From IMG/VR virus record IMGVR_UViG_3300021962_000025, positions 96,001 to 160,000 of that record: a DNA stretch of 64,000 bases; one strand, given 5' to 3'. This DNA comes from a virus. Position numbers and translations under genes: made by a program. Below, piece by piece: positions 62,197 to 64,000 of the stretch; position 1 is the first letter of the stretch, and every line of letters begins with the position of its first letter. The notes below the pieces were generated by a model. That model ran no database searches. It was not told the DNA's origin and saw only the letters and a program-made list of their open reading frames with translations.

Positions 62197-62436
62197 ATGT
62201 CATTAACCGCTACAGATAAAAAAGATATAGAATCAATCGTTAAGAAAGAAATGAAAGACTTTCTTAATACCACTCAAGCACATAAGATTGTGGTTGACAT
62301 GGTTAAGAAAGAAATGGGTACGAGAGATATTAACGATAAGGTTGTAGAATTATCCACAAAGGTGGTTGTTGAATTATTTAAACAATTATGGCAACGTAAG
62401 TCCTTTTGGGAGGGTCCTTTAAAAAATGTGAGATAA
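62197..62436 (+). CDS. Hypothetical protein (79 aa)
   Basis: Operon-like packing between neighbours. Confidence 0.65.
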   Translation: MSLTATDKKDIESIVKKEMKDFLNTTQAHKIVVDMVKKEMGTRDINDKVVELSTKVVVELFKQLWQRKSFWEGPLKNVR

Positions 62437-62933
62437 TGAAAAAAGAAACTAAAGAAGCTACAATGGCGGGATCTGCAGGGTCTTTTGTTGCCCCTATGGG
62501 ATTCATCACGAAAAAGGAGATATATAAGATCCACAACAAAAAAAAGTACAACCCTAAAGACATCAAGGAAGAGGAAGAATTTACCGAAGCAACCACCACA
62601 GCAACCTCTGCGGGTGGGATGTACGACGCCCCATTTGGTGACGGGGCAAGTAACCCATTAAAAATCGGAGGACCAAACACTATTAAAAAAAGAATGAAAA
62701 AACTCCAAAAGAAGAACTTCCCTAAATGGGGTGGTCCTGAAGGAGTGTATGTTGCGGTCAAAGAGAAATGTAAAAAATATCCATATTGTAATCAAGGTGA
62801 TGTAAATGCGTTGGAATTCTATGAGAATGAGGAATTAAACGAGGCAGTAAATCAGATATCAAAAAAGTATGGATTACCACGTAAGGAAGTGGAGAAACTA
62901 GTGATAAAAGAGATAAAGAGTATATTTATATAA
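62436..62933 (+). CDS. Hypothetical protein with EAT-x(2-3)-SAG repeats and a KKYPYCNQG motif
   Basis: ATG 62436 overlaps the upstream TAA and is in frame with track ORF 62406..62933. Confidence 0.65.
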   Translation: MKKETKEATMAGSAGSFVAPMGFITKKEIYKIHNKKKYNPKDIKEEEEFTEATTTATSAGGMYDAPFGDGASNPLKIGGPNTIKKRMKKLQKKNFPKWGGPEGVYVAVKEKCKKYPYCNQGDVNALEFYENEELNEAVNQISKKYGLPRKEVEKLVIKEIKSIFI

Positions 62934-62934
62934 T

Positions 62935-64000
62935 ATGAAAGTTTCAGAATTAAATAAAATTATAGAGGAAACTCTCGAAAACGAGGTTAAAACCACCATC
63001 ATTAAAGAAAGTGAGGGTAGTAAAACCGCATATTGTATTAAATGTGAGGGAGAATACATTGAGATTTGTGACACAAAAGAAGAGGCAGATCAAAAATGTG
63101 AAGAGTATAATAAAAACAACCCCGACAAGAAATATGTCGTGGAAACAGAAACCTACGAATCCAAAGAAGAGTTATTAGATAAAATGGATGAGTTAGGTGA
63201 AGAATTAGATTCAGAAAACATGGAAAAAAATCAACCAATGGACGAAAAATTACACGGCGACCAACACAAGTTGGACGTGGATAACGATGGGGAGATCGAA
63301 GCATCTGATCTTGCATCCTTGAGAAAAGGAGATACTAACGAATCAAATGTTGAAGATAGTATCGATGACATCCAATGCGAAAAATGTGGAAAGTCCGATT
63401 GTGAGTGTTCTGATTCCGAAGAAGATTTGGAAGAGGGTACATGTGAAAAATGCGGTAAACAATTATGTGAATGTGGTGAGTTATATGAAACCAAAAAAGA
63501 ACGTAAAGTTCTAAGGTTGACCGAATCACAGTTGGTGGACATGATTTCTAAGATTGTTAGTGAATCGGTTCCAGGTTTAACCGCGGTAGAAAACGCACAT
63601 AAGGGTACTGAAAAAGAGACTAAAGAACATATGGGTCAAGTAGATAAGAAAATTAAAGACGCATTATCAATTGAGGGTAATGATAACCCCGAATTCCCTA
63701 AAGCGGTAGGTAAAGGTGAAAAAATGGCGGTGAACAACACTGATGAAATGGACGAAGAAATGTCTATGGATAGAGGTGAAGGAGCACTTGATTTAGATTA
63801 TGACCATGAACCTTCAGAATCCTTCAAGGATAGAGTTAAGAAAGCTTTAGAAGGTGATTCTACAATGGGTAATGCTGACGGTGGTAACACCGTTCCAACA
63901 GATACAGGTAAGAAGTTGGCGGACATTGCTGAAAAGAGAAAGAAACACAAAGAAGAAGCTCCAATGTACGTTAAAGATGTACAACCTGTAAATGAAACTG
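62935..64000 (+). CDS. Acidic putative head/internal protein, 3'-truncated (not in the ORF track)
   Basis: I translated MKVSELNKIIEETLENE... open to the window end. It has an EF-hand-like DVDNDGEIEASD, two CEKCGK-x2-CEC motifs and KVLRLTESQLVDMISKIVSE; TATTTAT at 62923. Confidence 0.75.
   Translation, partial: MKVSELNKIIEETLENEVKTTIIKESEGSKTAYCIKCEGEYIEICDTKEEADQKCEEYNKNNPDKKYVVETETYESKEELLDKMDELGEELDSENMEKNQPMDEKLHGDQHKLDVDNDGEIEASDLASLRKGDTNESNVEDSIDDIQCEKCGKSDCECSDSEEDLEEGTCEKCGKQLCECGELYETKKERKVLRLTESQLVDMISKIVSESVPGLTAVENAHKGTEKETKEHMGQVDKKIKDALSIEGNDNPEFPKAVGKGEKMAVNNTDEMDEEMSMDRGEGALDLDYDHEPSESFKDRVKKALEGDSTMGNADGGNTVPTDTGKKLADIAEKRKKHKEEAPMYVKDVQPVNET

Noticed and set aside
1-64000. 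Alternative genetic code (stop-codon reassignment), as seen in some large phages
   Set aside because: Genes are full length and tightly packed under the standard code, and TAA and TAG act as real stops at conserved C-termini.

Overview
This window is a 64-kb fragment of a large, AT-rich, tailed dsDNA phage genome (jumbo-type myovirus, contractile tail), most likely infecting a Bacteroidota host. All credible genes lie on the + strand and read in the standard genetic code. I found no tRNA, rRNA, CRISPR array, integrase, intron or intein. Gene order: (1) a 5'-truncated baseplate-hub-like protein and three small, probably late, genes; (2) a replication/recombination block (gp32-like SSB, RecA/UvsX, 5'-3' exonuclease, DnaB-like helicase, class Ia NrdB/NrdA); (3) a ~35-kb baseplate and appendage block (gp25-like, baseplate J-like, wedge proteins, a 2720-aa wedge protein with a Pro/Thr/Ser stalk and vWA tip, a 2560-aa cadherin + SprB-repeat protein, five smaller modular proteins, a gpH-like collar/fibre protein); (4) RuvC-like resolvase, primase, PD-(D/E)XK nuclease, two HxGY cytidylyltransferases, SbcD/SbcC, ClpP and a sigma-70-family factor; (5) membrane/lysis-like genes and acidic putative head proteins, truncated at the right edge. 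The most notable observations are a combinatorial appendage toolkit built from shared N-terminal domains, Cys-containing beta-'beads', mucin-like stalks and interchangeable C-terminal tips; a recurrent TATTTAT putative late-promoter motif; two candidate structured RNAs; a candidate -1 frameshift at an A10 tract; and a catalytically degenerate amidase. All product calls come from motif recognition by eye. No database searches were run.
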